A stretch of DNA of 64,000 nucleotides from a virus (taxonomy: Duplodnaviria; Heunggongvirae; Uroviricota; Caudoviricetes). Location of the stretch: IMG/VR virus record IMGVR_UViG_2700988907_000001. One strand, 5' to 3'. The translations under genes and the position numbers were made by a program. Below are positions 29,363-39,314 of the stretch, in pieces. Positions within the stretch are counted from its first letter, which is position 1; every line of letters starts with the position of its first letter. The notes below the pieces were generated by a model. That model saw nothing but the letters and a program-made list of their open reading frames with translations, was not told the DNA's origin and made no database searches.

Positions 29363-29782
29363 TCAATTATCTTTCTCCTTTATTGTTTTAATTATTATTA
29401 CTATAACACCCATCACAATAATTGTCAATATAATGTATAGAAATAATATTGGATGAATAATACATAATGCTAATATTAAAAATACACAACCGTATAGTAC
29501 ACCATACAACAATAACTTATACCATTTAACTTTTTCTTCCTCATTAAAATAACCAAGAAAAACAATAGTTATACCAAAGACAGAAAAAAACCAAACCATA
29601 GCTGGTATGGTTAAAAAATATGATTGAATATTGAAATGATTTAATAGTAAACTAGGGAGTATTGCAATAAAGGATATTACACCAATTGTAATGACAAGTG
29701 TAATTAAAACTAATAATACTAATACTAAAGGCAGTAATAAGTATTCCCATAAATTTTTTATTAATATATTAATAAACTTCAT
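29363..29782 (-). CDS. Polytopic membrane protein (about 4 TM)
   Basis: 139 aa, almost entirely hydrophobic. Confidence 0.4.
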   Translation of the reverse strand: MKFINILIKNLWEYLLLPLVLVLLVLITLVITIGVISFIAILPSLLLNHFNIQSYFLTIPAMVWFFSVFGITIVFLGYFNEEEKVKWYKLLLYGVLYGCVFLILALCIIHPILFLYIILTIIVMGVIVIIIKTIKEKDN

Positions 29783-29806
29783 TAATTTTGTCTCCTTTAA
29801 TTATAT

Positions 29807-30322
29807 TTATGAAAAAACATCTTTCATCTTGTTATAAGCATCTAATAGTTTATTATATTCTTGTTTAGAGATAGTTACTTTCTCTTGTAAATCTGATTTC
29901 TTAAAATATTCTTCATAATCTCTTTTACAAGGTCTGATAATATAATCAATATTTTTCTTTGGAAATAGATGTTTTTCTACAGGTTTATTTCCTTTACCAT
30001 CTCTATTTTGAGTAATAACAGTTACGTTATCAAAATTATGGTTGTGAACAACAATACCATTAAACCCAAATATAGATAGTTTTTCTGATACAAATATATC
30101 TCCTTCTCTGTAATCATCAGTTTTTAATAATTCTTTAGACTTAATTATTTTCCAAGAATTAGGTAGTTTTTCATATTTCATTTTATTGGCATTTAATTTA
30201 GTTCTATATTTATTTAAAGTTAATCTTCTTACATAATTATTTACCAAATCTGTAGACTGATAGCCTGGACTTATATTATCTTCATCTTTTAAAAAGTTCC
30301 CTACATAATCATTTAAATACAC
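29807..30322 (-). CDS. Hypothetical protein
   Basis: 171 aa. Confidence 0.35.
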   Translation of the reverse strand: MYLNDYVGNFLKDEDNISPGYQSTDLVNNYVRRLTLNKYRTKLNANKMKYEKLPNSWKIIKSKELLKTDDYREGDIFVSEKLSIFGFNGIVVHNHNFDNVTVITQNRDGKGNKPVEKHLFPKKNIDYIIRPCKRDYEEYFKKSDLQEKVTISKQEYNKLLDAYNKMKDVFS

Positions 30323-30758
30323 AATAACACTTCCTTCTACTATAAAATTCCTATTTTTTTACTTAAAAAATAATTATTTTTTAATTTATTTATTTATTTT
30401 ATACGCTATTTTATTTTTTATATTTTGCTCTTCTTGTTTTTTAATTCTTCTTTTCTCATATGTAATACTTGAAGCATCTCTCATACATAATTGAATAAAC
30501 AAGATAATACATAATATTGATATAATAAGTAAAGTCATGCCAAATATCCTTTCTAAACTATTTATACTTTACCATGATAAAATGATTCTTCTATTCTGTA
30601 ATTTTAACGTCAACGACGGGCTTCATCGACTATTATTTAGGCTTGCCTAACTTTTATAAGCTACTTGTTCCATAGCGTAATTTTTCCTTTTAATTTTATA
30701 TTTAAACTATACTATAATACTTACATATTGTCAAAACTTTTATTTAGAAGCGGCGCTA

Positions 30759-31479
30759 CTAATCAATTGTAGCACCTAAAAAGAATTGATAAGCATTAAA
30801 AATATTCCTTTTTTCTTTTTCATCGTCCTCATTTATCATTAATCCTCTCTCTAAAAACTCTTCTAAATTACCTTTCCAGCAACCAGCAAATACTTTATCT
30901 ATTGAAGGTATATAAGTTACTTTACCTTTAAAAGAACCTATGTTATCAATTGAATATATTTCTAGTCCTTCAATACATCGTGTATTAGCTTGAGATAAGT
31001 TAACATCTTTTAAGTTACAATTTTCTAAAACAACGTTATCTAAATTAGCTCTCTTTAAACTAGCATTTTTCAAATTAACACATCTTAAATAAGCACTATC
31101 TAAATTAGAACCATATAAGGTAGTGTTTTTAAAATTAACACTATTTAAGTAAATATTTTCTAAATTAGAAAAACTTATAACAGCCTTTGTTAAATCCGTC
31201 TTTGCTAAATCAGCATCTTTTAAAGTAGAAAAACTTAAATTAGCATTGATTAAGTTTACATTGCTTAAAGTAGAACCACTTAAGCTAGAGTGACTTAAAT
31301 CAGAATTAGTTAAATCTACATTACTTAAAATAGAATTACTTACGTTAGTATAACTTAAATCTAAACATCTTAAATCACAACTAATCAATTTTAATCTTTT
31401 TCCTTTACTATTATCTTCTAGCCATTCTTTATGCAATTTAATTTTCTTATCTAATTCTTCTTGTGTAATTTTTCTCATT
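30759..31479 (-). CDS. Pentapeptide-repeat protein (Qnr/MfpA-like DNA-mimic fold)
   Basis: About 25 tandem A(D/N)LxX pentapeptides (NLSFSTLKDADLAKTDLTKAVISFSNLENIYLNSVNF...). The RBS aataaggagagtgtaacaATG sets the start at 31479. The ORF-track extension to 31550 runs through the upstream gene's terminator. Confidence 0.65.
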
Positions 31480-31528
31480 GTTACACTCTCCTTATTTATT
31501 ATTATATATAAACTATAACATAAAAAAA

Positions 31529-31548
31529 GACCCCTGTCAATAGGGGTC
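31529..31548 (-). terminator. Rho-independent terminator downstream of SPFH gene
   Basis: On the minus strand, gacccct-attgac-aggggtc is followed by T7. This confirms that the pentapeptide gene starts further downstream. Confidence 0.55.
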
Positions 31549-31592
31549 AAGTCAAAAGTTTAACATTTTTTCATTTTCAATAATAAGTTACG

Positions 31593-32387
31593 TTACTTCA
31601 AGTTAACAATAGGGTCTCCACCAATGTTAATTGGTTGGTCACCTTTCCATTTTTCGATAAGTTGTTTTTGTAATAATTCATCACTTAATGATTGTTCCAC
31701 GATTTCGTTTGCTTTCTTAGTACCTTTTGCTTCAATTTCTTTACGTTCAGCTTCCTCTTTAGCAATTTGTTTGTCTACTTTTTTACGTTCCAATTCTTGG
31801 TTTGCCTTAACACGACTGTCAATTGCTTTTTGAGTGTTCTTGTCAGCTTTTGGAGAACTTAAAGCAATATCCTCAACAATAAATCCTTGACCTTTAAGAT
31901 TCTCTTCAAGTTTATCTAAAGTAGATTTTTTAATTTCACTTGTTTTAACACCGAAAGCATCAATTACTGAATACTTAGAAACAGATTGACGTACGTTATC
32001 TTGTACTCTTGAACGTAGATAACCTTTTTCTAATTGCTCAATATCTGCGCTGCCAAAACGATTAAATAATTCAACTGCTTTTGAACTATCAACTTTATAG
32101 TTTACATCAATATCTAAATTAAGGTTTTTACCATCTGACGTTGATACGTTCATATCTTTGTAGCTAATTGTTTGTGTTCTTGTAGGGTATTCATTTACTC
32201 TGTTCATAGGTGCTACTAAGTGCCAGCCAGGACTTAAAGTATTATCTTTAACACCTTTAGGAGAGTAAACAACTCCAACTGTTCCTTGTGGAACTCTTTC
32301 AATACATAAAATTGCTATAACAAACAATACAATAACTCCTACCACTAATGCTGATAAGATACCACCTGCTTTAATTTTACTATTCAT
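31593..32387 (-). CDS. SPFH/band-7 (stomatin/prohibitin/HflK-like) membrane protein
   Basis: N-terminal TM anchor. The SPFH core is RVPQGTVGVVYSPKGVKDNTLSPGWHLVAP...DIDVNYKV, followed by a long charged coiled-coil tail. Confidence 0.65.
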   Translation of the reverse strand: MNSKIKAGGILSALVVGVIVLFVIAILCIERVPQGTVGVVYSPKGVKDNTLSPGWHLVAPMNRVNEYPTRTQTISYKDMNVSTSDGKNLNLDIDVNYKVDSSKAVELFNRFGSADIEQLEKGYLRSRVQDNVRQSVSKYSVIDAFGVKTSEIKKSTLDKLEENLKGQGFIVEDIALSSPKADKNTQKAIDSRVKANQELERKKVDKQIAKEEAERKEIEAKGTKKANEIVEQSLSDELLQKQLIEKWKGDQPINIGGDPIVNLK

Positions 32388-32389
32388 AA

Positions 32390-32665
32390 TTAATCTTCTC
32401 CTCTTCTAATATCATCATGTAGTTTTTCTAATTCCTCAATATCATTGTCTAATTGTGCAACTTCTGATTCATAACCAGTAATTTTTTGTAGTGCTTTTCT
32501 TTTATGCTGTTTAAAATTTATTTCTCGTTCTATCCATGTTATTTCTCTATCAGTTTCATTTTTTTCAATATGCTCTGTTACATAAGGAATTGTCTTTCTT
32601 ATGAAAATATATGAAACCATAAATATAATGCTAAACACTAACAAAAAGATTAATACCCATACCAT
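32390..32665 (-). CDS. Small membrane protein with C-terminal coiled coil
   Basis: 91 aa with one N-terminal TM helix. Translationally coupled to the SPFH gene. Confidence 0.4.
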   Translation of the reverse strand: MVWVLIFLLVFSIIFMVSYIFIRKTIPYVTEHIEKNETDREITWIEREINFKQHKRKALQKITGYESEVAQLDNDIEELEKLHDDIRRGED

Positions 32666-32787
32666 TTATAGCCTCCTATAATAACCTTTTTCCTCTATCG
32701 TAAGTTTTGTTTATTGTATCTCTAACCCATTTTTCTTTATCTTCATTATACTCTTTTAGCCATTGGTCTCTAATTCTTATGGCTTCT

Positions 32788-33177
32788 TCAATGTTTTTTT
32801 AAAGAATATGATATTCTACTTACCTTATATCTAGAAACCCTTGCTCTAAAAGTATGCCCATTTGTTTTTATATTAGGTTGATTGGTAACTCCTCCACGAA
32901 ATCTCTGATTATAATTTTGCTCTGTTCTATCAGACCATTTACAATTAGAGGGTTCATAGTTGCCATTTACATCTATTCTATCTAAAGAATGGTTTGGAGA
33001 TGGTCTGTCTCCCATATCCTCATAAAAATTCTCAAATGATTCTAGCCATCTATCGCATACTTTAATTCCACGTCCTCCATAATTTTTATACCCCTTTCTA
33101 TTTTTATTATAGCATCTTCTTTTCATTTCAAACCATGCTTTATATTCTGGAGTATTTGACATTCCGTGTGTTCTCAT
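32788..33177 (-). CDS. HNH-family homing endonuclease-like protein
   Basis: ...PEYKAWFEMKRRCYNKNRKGYKNYGGRGIKVCDRW...SLDRIDVNGNYEPSNCKW fits the phage HNH_3/AP2-associated endonuclease pattern. Confidence 0.45.
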   Translation of the reverse strand: MRTHGMSNTPEYKAWFEMKRRCYNKNRKGYKNYGGRGIKVCDRWLESFENFYEDMGDRPSPNHSLDRIDVNGNYEPSNCKWSDRTEQNYNQRFRGGVTNQPNIKTNGHTFRARVSRYKVSRISYSLKKH

Positions 33178-33866
33178 GTTAAAACATTTAGAGCCATTTT
33201 ACTCCAATTTTCCAAATTCATTTTTTTGATTTCATCAATAGTTTCAAATTTTCCTTTTAGTGTGTCAGTCTCTTTTACTTTAATGTCCCAATTTTCTGGT
33301 ATTACCAATAAAGAGAAAATAGCTAAATGTACAGAGTCAACATCTGTTTTATCTGTATATCCCAATCCTAATACAGTTAATTCTTTAGATAACTCATAAT
33401 GATTTTTAATTTCTTCTCCACTTTCATCAAGAATATAAACCTCTTCCTCTAATTCTCTTGCTGTATTTACAGCCATAAGATGCTCAAAATTCCAAGCATA
33501 TTCTATATCATTAGCATGTCCGCCCAATGTTAGAGAACTCATATTATGCAGTCTTTCTTCACCACTGCCTTCTAGTCTTGTGTATGCAAAGTATTCGTTG
33601 CCACGTTTAACTACTACAGAAGGAATTGGTTGAACGAAATCAAAATTCTCTTCTAAATCTCCACGTCTATCAACAACCCCTGCAATTTCCCATAAATTAT
33701 TTAAAGTATTAACCATTGCATCATAGTCTTCTAAGTTAGTAGGAGCCAACACTTCTACATTTAACATGTCTTGAATTAAATTAATTTTTTCTAGTGCTGA
33801 CTTATTAAGTGCTAAAATTTGTTCATCATTTTTATTCATAAATAATTTCTCCTTTTTAATATTCAA
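33174..33866 (-). CDS. Hypothetical protein
   Basis: 230-aa acidic protein with no firm motif recognised. Confidence 0.35.
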   Translation of the reverse strand: MNIKKEKLFMNKNDEQILALNKSALEKINLIQDMLNVEVLAPTNLEDYDAMVNTLNNLWEIAGVVDRRGDLEENFDFVQPIPSVVVKRGNEYFAYTRLEGSGEERLHNMSSLTLGGHANDIEYAWNFEHLMAVNTARELEEEVYILDESGEEIKNHYELSKELTVLGLGYTDKTDVDSVHLAIFSLLVIPENWDIKVKETDTLKGKFETIDEIKKMNLENWSKMALNVLT

Positions 33867-34125
33867 ATTTTAATTCAGCATTTTCTGTGTCAGATACTAG
33901 GACATAGTCATCTGATACAGTGCTTAAATCAATAGGCTCGTCAAAAGCTAATACAATAGATTTTTCGTTAGGTTCATATTTTTGGAATTTAACCAAGTTG
34001 TATTTATCAGCGTGTTTAACTACCATCATAATGTGGTGTTCATCATTTTTGGATAACTTGTGTTTAACTAAATCCCCCACTTTTAAATCTAACTTACGAT
34101 TTCCTTCTTGAAAAATAAACTTCAT
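33856..34125 (-). CDS. Hypothetical protein
   Basis: 89 aa. Confidence 0.35.
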   Translation of the reverse strand: MKFIFQEGNRKLDLKVGDLVKHKLSKNDEHHIMMVVKHADKYNLVKFQKYEPNEKSIVLAFDEPIDLSTVSDDYVLVSDTENAELKFEY

Positions 34126-34185
34126 AATATTTTCTCCTTTCTAACAATCTAATAATAGTATAACAGACAACTAAGTGCCTGTCAA

Positions 34186-36573
34186 CTATTTTTTATCTAA
34201 AATATAAATATATTCTTTTCCACGTTTTTCGATTTTGATAACTGGTTTTCTATATATCTTGTTACCTTTTACATTAAATGCCTCACCATTCTTATAACCT
34301 AATACAACTAGTTTAGTTCCACGTTCCCACCAACTACCATCATTTTCAAGTTTCTCTTGATAATGAGCATAGTGTCGTCTATTTATTTTTAGTGTAACTA
34401 CACCAGACTCTTTAGTTAAAAGATAAACAAGTCTTTTCATGTTGTTATATCCAACTACTACACCAGTGATAGCACTAATTTTATACTCCTTAAAACCACG
34501 TGAATTAGTTTTTAAGAAAGGTAAGTTCTCTAAATCTTTAAACTCTGAAATATCATGAGTTTTACTTACTTGTTCTGTGTCTATAACAAATTCATCAGAA
34601 TTGAATAATATAGTATCAATTTCCCATTCTGGAATAGTGCCTTGACATTCTTTTACCCAATATTCTTGTCGTTTTTTCTTAGTAAATTCTTTGGCGTATT
34701 GTGGTTTTTTAATTTCTTCTTTTAAAGGTTTTATTTCTTTGTTGTAATATTTCTCAAATGATTTAATATCTATTTCTAGTTTATCTGAGAACTTGTAATC
34801 TACATGTTTAGAATAGTTTTTAATAAATTCTTGCTCTATTTCTTTATTCATTGGTTCTTTATTTCGACCTTTGATTCTACTTCTAAAATCATGCAGCGCC
34901 AATAGTTTATTGTATTTATCTGGTATTATATCCTTATAATAATCTAATTGAGACATTGTTACTTTTTCTTTTTGTGGTATTTCTAGCTTTACTAATTTAG
35001 CCATTATATGGCGTCTATCTAATTCTTCTAATGAATCCATAGCACCAGATTTAATTAATGAAATAGTTTTTTTAGTGCTTGTTAGTTTAGTATCAACCAT
35101 TTTTTCATAATAATCTTTTAATGATTTAAATGGTCTATTTTCAATAATAGCATCTAATGTGTTAGTATCTAAACCAATTATAGGTTTTAATCCATATAAT
35201 ACCTTCCCGTCTTTAGCTATAAATTTCAACTCTGATTTATTAATATCTGGCGTAACAACATCATCAGACATACTATTTACAGCTTTAGATACCTCACCAT
35301 AATCTGTACCTTTTTCTAAATCACCTTCAAGCCCAGACAAAATATTGAGGCAACTTGTTTTCCATGTATCTACACCATAATAATAACAGATATTCATTTC
35401 AATCATTAGTATTAATGTATACGCTACTACATGAGGCAGTGAAAATGCGTAGGAAAATTGAAGTGCAAACTGTTCTTCAAGTATATATCTAGCAAATTCT
35501 TCTCGTTGACCATTTTTTTTCATAATTTTCATAAACTCTTGAGAAGCACTTTCAATCTTTTTCTCATCTTTTTTCCCTACTGATTTTCTAAATTTATTTG
35601 CAAAAGTTAATCCGCCATCGGCTATTTTAGGGTCAATGATAATATTCATCAAGATTTCCTGTGTGTCGCAAATACCAGTTCTTGGCAATAAATGTTTTTC
35701 CATGAGTTCTTGTTCATGTTTAGTTAGTCCATACTTATCCATATCTTGATACCATTCATTAATATCCTGTTTATATCTTACAAACTTATCAATTGGCTGT
35801 TCTCCCTCTGTTTGTAAACGAATAATAGTATTAGTAATAGCTACCTCGTCAAAAGTATTAGGTTTAATTTTTCTCATAGCATTTCTTGCTACTAAACTTG
35901 ACATTTGAAAAGCATCAAATACTTCACCATCTGATAATAATTTAAACATTTGTTTTGAAGTTAAATCTAATACATCTGGGTGTAAATATTTATTATAAGT
36001 TTCTCTTAATGTACCTTGCCATTTTATTTTGCCATTTTCTAACAATAAATCCATTGCTTCTCTAATACGACCTAATGCAGAAATTGAAAGAAAATCTTCC
36101 TTCAACTCCCCTGCAAATATTCCATCATCAGCATTAAATTGAGTGACTTCTAAACCTTTTGTAGTTTTCATCATTGCGTTTACATCTAAAAATGAACGAG
36201 GATAGAAGATAACAGAACTAGCGTGTTGAGAACGACCGCTAGTTAACCCTTCTATAGATAACATAACTTCTTTTAATCCTTCATGCTTCTCTACACGTTC
36301 AATAAATTCTTTAACAGGTTTTCTATCTTTTTTTTCATTTCCAAAAAAACAGTCAGAAACAGACCATAAAGCAGCTCCTTCTGATGGTATTAAGTTGGCT
36401 ATATTGTGTTGTTCAGCAACATCTAATCCATAACCTCTAGTTGCTGTGATAACTGTCGACTTAGGTCCTTCTGTAGTAAAAGTACAGCTATTTAGAATCT
36501 TTTCTGAACCATAACGTTGTTTAGCAAGTTCGATAATTTCTTCACGTTTAGATGCTTCTGTATCAATATCAAT
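34186..36573 (-). CDS. dnaE: DNA polymerase III alpha (DnaE-type) exon 2
   Basis: The frame is open upstream of the ORF-track Met, back to IDIDTEASKREEIIELAKQRYGSEKILNSCTFTT... This is the DnaE 'DIDIDF...ITFGT' region. The downstream GRSQHASSVIF corresponds to the HAAGVVIS palm motif. Confidence 0.75.
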   Translation of the reverse strand: MDIDTEASKREEIIELAKQRYGSEKILNSCTFTTEGPKSTVITATRGYGLDVAEQHNIANLIPSEGAALWSVSDCFFGNEKKDRKPVKEFIERVEKHEGLKEVMLSIEGLTSGRSQHASSVIFYPRSFLDVNAMMKTTKGLEVTQFNADDGIFAGELKEDFLSISALGRIREAMDLLLENGKIKWQGTLRETYNKYLHPDVLDLTSKQMFKLLSDGEVFDAFQMSSLVARNAMRKIKPNTFDEVAITNTIIRLQTEGEQPIDKFVRYKQDINEWYQDMDKYGLTKHEQELMEKHLLPRTGICDTQEILMNIIIDPKIADGGLTFANKFRKSVGKKDEKKIESASQEFMKIMKKNGQREEFARYILEEQFALQFSYAFSLPHVVAYTLILMIEMNICYYYGVDTWKTSCLNILSGLEGDLEKGTDYGEVSKAVNSMSDDVVTPDINKSELKFIAKDGKVLYGLKPIIGLDTNTLDAIIENRPFKSLKDYYEKMVDTKLTSTKKTISLIKSGAMDSLEELDRRHIMAKLVKLEIPQKEKVTMSQLDYYKDIIPDKYNKLLALHDFRSRIKGRNKEPMNKEIEQEFIKNYSKHVDYKFSDKLEIDIKSFEKYYNKEIKPLKEEIKKPQYAKEFTKKKRQEYWVKECQGTIPEWEIDTILFNSDEFVIDTEQVSKTHDISEFKDLENLPFLKTNSRGFKEYKISAITGVVVGYNNMKRLVYLLTKESGVVTLKINRRHYAHYQEKLENDGSWWERGTKLVVLGYKNGEAFNVKGNKIYRKPVIKIEKRGKEYIYILDKK

Positions 36574-36891
36574 CTTATAGCACCCCTAGTTTCCTAGTAT
36601 TTTTAAGGGAATAGACTATTTATTCATTCTATAAAGAATGGGTGTATTTTCGATTTAAAGGGTTTTCACCTACTGTTATTTCAAACAGCCCTACTCCTAT
36701 TGCTAGTATTTATTAATTGCCCTAGCTTATGGATAGTCGTTGAACCTCTACTATAAAAGTAGTTGGCACACCGTTGTCATATGTTAAAAACACTTAGACT
36801 TTCAGTGTTAGCAGATTTGTAATCCACACCTCATTATGAGTTAAACACCTCGTAATCTACAATATTACTATTATAGACGACTATATTATTA
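36574..36891 (-). ncRNA. Group I intron (ORF-less, about 318 nt) in dnaE
   Basis: Exon 1 ends ...RFLSKERQSLPD with a terminal U. The intron begins TAATAA. Its RNA sense contains the R element ggttcaacgactatcc, an S-like aaatagtctatt and a P-like aaatctgctaac, and it ends ...ctataaG. Joining restores SLPD-IDID, the universal DnaE SMPDIDIDF motif. Exact splice sites are +/- a few nt. Confidence 0.65.
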
Positions 36892-38259
36892 ATCAGGCAA
36901 TGACTGTCTTTCTTTACTTAAGAAACGATAATATGGTAAATCATAATCTAATGGATTAAACTGAACAATATCTAACAAATAGTTTGTATAATAGCATGCA
37001 GCTGAACCACGTGCAGGTCCTACTAAACTAACTTTCCACATCATGTCAATAATATCTTGTGTTAACACAAAATAACTTGATAATGGCTGTCCTAATCCTT
37101 CTGATATTTCCCATATTTGCTCTAGCTCAATCTCAATTCTATCTAAATGCTCTTTATTAAATTCTTGATTATGTGACAACATACCTTCTCCAATAAGGTG
37201 CAGATAGTATCTATCCATATCTCTTTCAGAGTGTTTAAATTTATTGATATATTCATAATCATTTAGATAATCTTTGAATAAATTCCTATCTGTATATTCT
37301 GGAATATCAATATTAGGAACCTGTGTTTCTTTTTCGAACTCAATAGGCTCTAATTTATCCATTATCTCATGAGTGTTTCTAATCAGCTCATCTAATAATT
37401 CTTTATCAAAGTATTCTAACAGCTCATCTCTATCCATTACATATGTTGTATTATAAAAACTATCAACCTCTCTATCACCCTGAGAGGCGTTTAAATAGAC
37501 CTTATGAGCAAAGGCTTGGTCTTTGTGTAAATAATGGGCGTCTGTTGTTACGATAGGTTTTAAATCATATACTTTACAAAGTTTTAATAACATATCATTT
37601 ATAATTTGTTGTTCTTGTTTCACATCAGCATTTGATTTATCATGTTTAATTGCTGGTTGTAATTCAAGATAGAAATTATCTTTGCCTACTAGATTAATAA
37701 AGAACATAATAAACTCATGTATTTTCTTTTTATCTTCTTTAGAGTTTGATTTATGATAATCTAAAATATATTGGCTCAATGGCGACCCAGCACATGCCGA
37801 GCTGAAAACAATATCATCTTCATATCCTTTTATCAATTCAGTTAAATCATCATAATACGTCGGAGTTCTTTCCATACCTCTAAAAAAGAAGCTATTTTGC
37901 CACTCTCTAGTTGTTAAACGCTTTAGAAATTCATATCCATTTTGATTCTTGGCTAAAACTAAGAAATGATAAAATTTTGTCTTTTCATTGTTTTCTCTTG
38001 CATGATTAACAGTTTCTCTATCTAACAGATAGAACTCGTCACCATAACCGAGAGTAAAGTCTTTAAATTTATCTGGATTGTTCTTAATGTGCCTATGCGC
38101 CCTTATATGACTACTAATTGTTGCATGGTCTGTGATAGCTATACCCGGTAAACCAAGTTCTAAAGCATAATCTAATAAATCCTCTGGCTTATTGATTGAA
38201 TCTAGGAGACGAAAATTACTCGCATCTGTATGGTTGTGAGTAAGGAAAGGTTCGTTCAA
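36892..38259 (-). CDS. dnaE: DNA polymerase III alpha (DnaE-type) exon 1 (PHP domain)
   Basis: FLTHNHTDASNFRLLDS...GIAITDHATI is the PHP domain. ...GPARGSAACYYTNYLLDIVQFNPLDYDLPYYRFLSKERQSLPD matches GRGSAAGSLVAYxLGITxxDPLxYDLLFERFLNPERVSMPD. Confidence 0.8.
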
Positions 38260-38260
38260 T

Positions 38261-38638
38261 TTATTGTTCCTCCATTTCTTTTAAAACTTCTATAAACTCT
38301 TTATTAATCTTATCAGAATCAACAATCTGTTTCATTTTTTCTTTTATGAAACCATTTATTTCATCCTTGTTATTAATTTCACTGTCTACGATTGGTTCAT
38401 AAATATTTGGTCTTGAAGTTATATCTATAATATCCTCTTGTGAAACTATATGTTTTACTCCTTTTACTTTATCTGTTACATGCCACATCTTAAACATTAA
38501 ATAATGATTTACTTTATTATCTCTCATTCCATATGATAATTGAATTTCAAATAATTCATTTTCATATTCTCTTGTAAATTCTATTTGTTTTATTAAACTC
38601 ATAATATTTCCTCCTACTAAAAAACTTGTTAAGTACAT
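38261..38638 (-). CDS. Hypothetical protein
   Basis: 125 aa, translationally coupled to dnaE. Confidence 0.35.
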   Translation of the reverse strand: MYLTSFLVGGNIMSLIKQIEFTREYENELFEIQLSYGMRDNKVNHYLMFKMWHVTDKVKGVKHIVSQEDIIDITSRPNIYEPIVDSEINNKDEINGFIKEKMKQIVDSDKINKEFIEVLKEMEEQ

Positions 38639-38667
38639 TATAGCATACTCAACAAGTTCTGTAAAGT

Positions 38668-39252
38668 CTAATTTAATTTTTTGTTTAAAATAATTGTTAT
38701 CAACGTAGCAATTCCCATCATAACAAGGTTTACTGATTCTGTAATAATAGCACTTAAAGGCGCATGAGTTACACTCATATTAATAATCATAATACCTAAT
38801 CCAGCGCTAAATCCTACATAAAGAAAATAGTTAACACCTTGAGCTGTCTTTTTATACATAAGGTGTGCGATTTGTTCTAAATATGCAAATGCAATTAGAA
38901 ATGATGACCAATGTTGAACAATATCATTTGGAACCCAATATATAAGAACACTAGAAGCAAATGCAAACATCATTAAATATACCCATAAACCATATACTTT
39001 ATGTTTTTTAAATGATACTAATAACAGTATCAATAATGCAATTACTGCATTAATACATTGTGGCACTATAACATACCAAACAGATTGTTCTTCTATAAGC
39101 GTTGACGCTGTAATTGTAGTAGCTAAAGCTATACATAACCAAAATACTTTAGAAACTCCCCTTATATTTTTAACTGAAAACAACGTTTTTATCTGTGGGA
39201 TATATGCTAAAATAAATAACACAGATACTATTAAACCAAGAATAGCTTGCAT
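38668..39252 (-). CDS. Polytopic membrane protein, possibly PnuC-like (nicotinamide riboside/NMN) transporter
   Basis: About 6-7 TM helices with an N-terminal PQ-like motif (YIPQI). Size and topology fit PnuC-type transporters found in large Staphylococcus phages. The assignment is tentative. Confidence 0.3.
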   Translation of the reverse strand: MQAILGLIVSVLFILAYIPQIKTLFSVKNIRGVSKVFWLCIALATTITASTLIEEQSVWYVIVPQCINAVIALLILLLVSFKKHKVYGLWVYLMMFAFASSVLIYWVPNDIVQHWSSFLIAFAYLEQIAHLMYKKTAQGVNYFLYVGFSAGLGIMIINMSVTHAPLSAIITESVNLVMMGIATLITIILNKKLN

Positions 39253-39314
39253 ACAACATTTCTCCTATTTATAAAATTAGGGCAAGTGAAAACCTGCCCT
39301 TTAAAAGTTAAGTT

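Noticed and set aside
31480-31550. N-terminal extension of the pentapeptide-repeat ORF (MTPIDRGLFLCYSLYIIINKESVT...)
   Set aside because: It runs through the rho-independent terminator of the upstream SPFH gene and lacks an RBS. The internal ATG at 31479 has a strong RBS.
33166-34111. Plus-strand ORFs 33166-33399 and 33920-34111
   Set aside because: They are antisense to well-supported minus-strand genes in a uniformly minus-strand operon and have no RBS.
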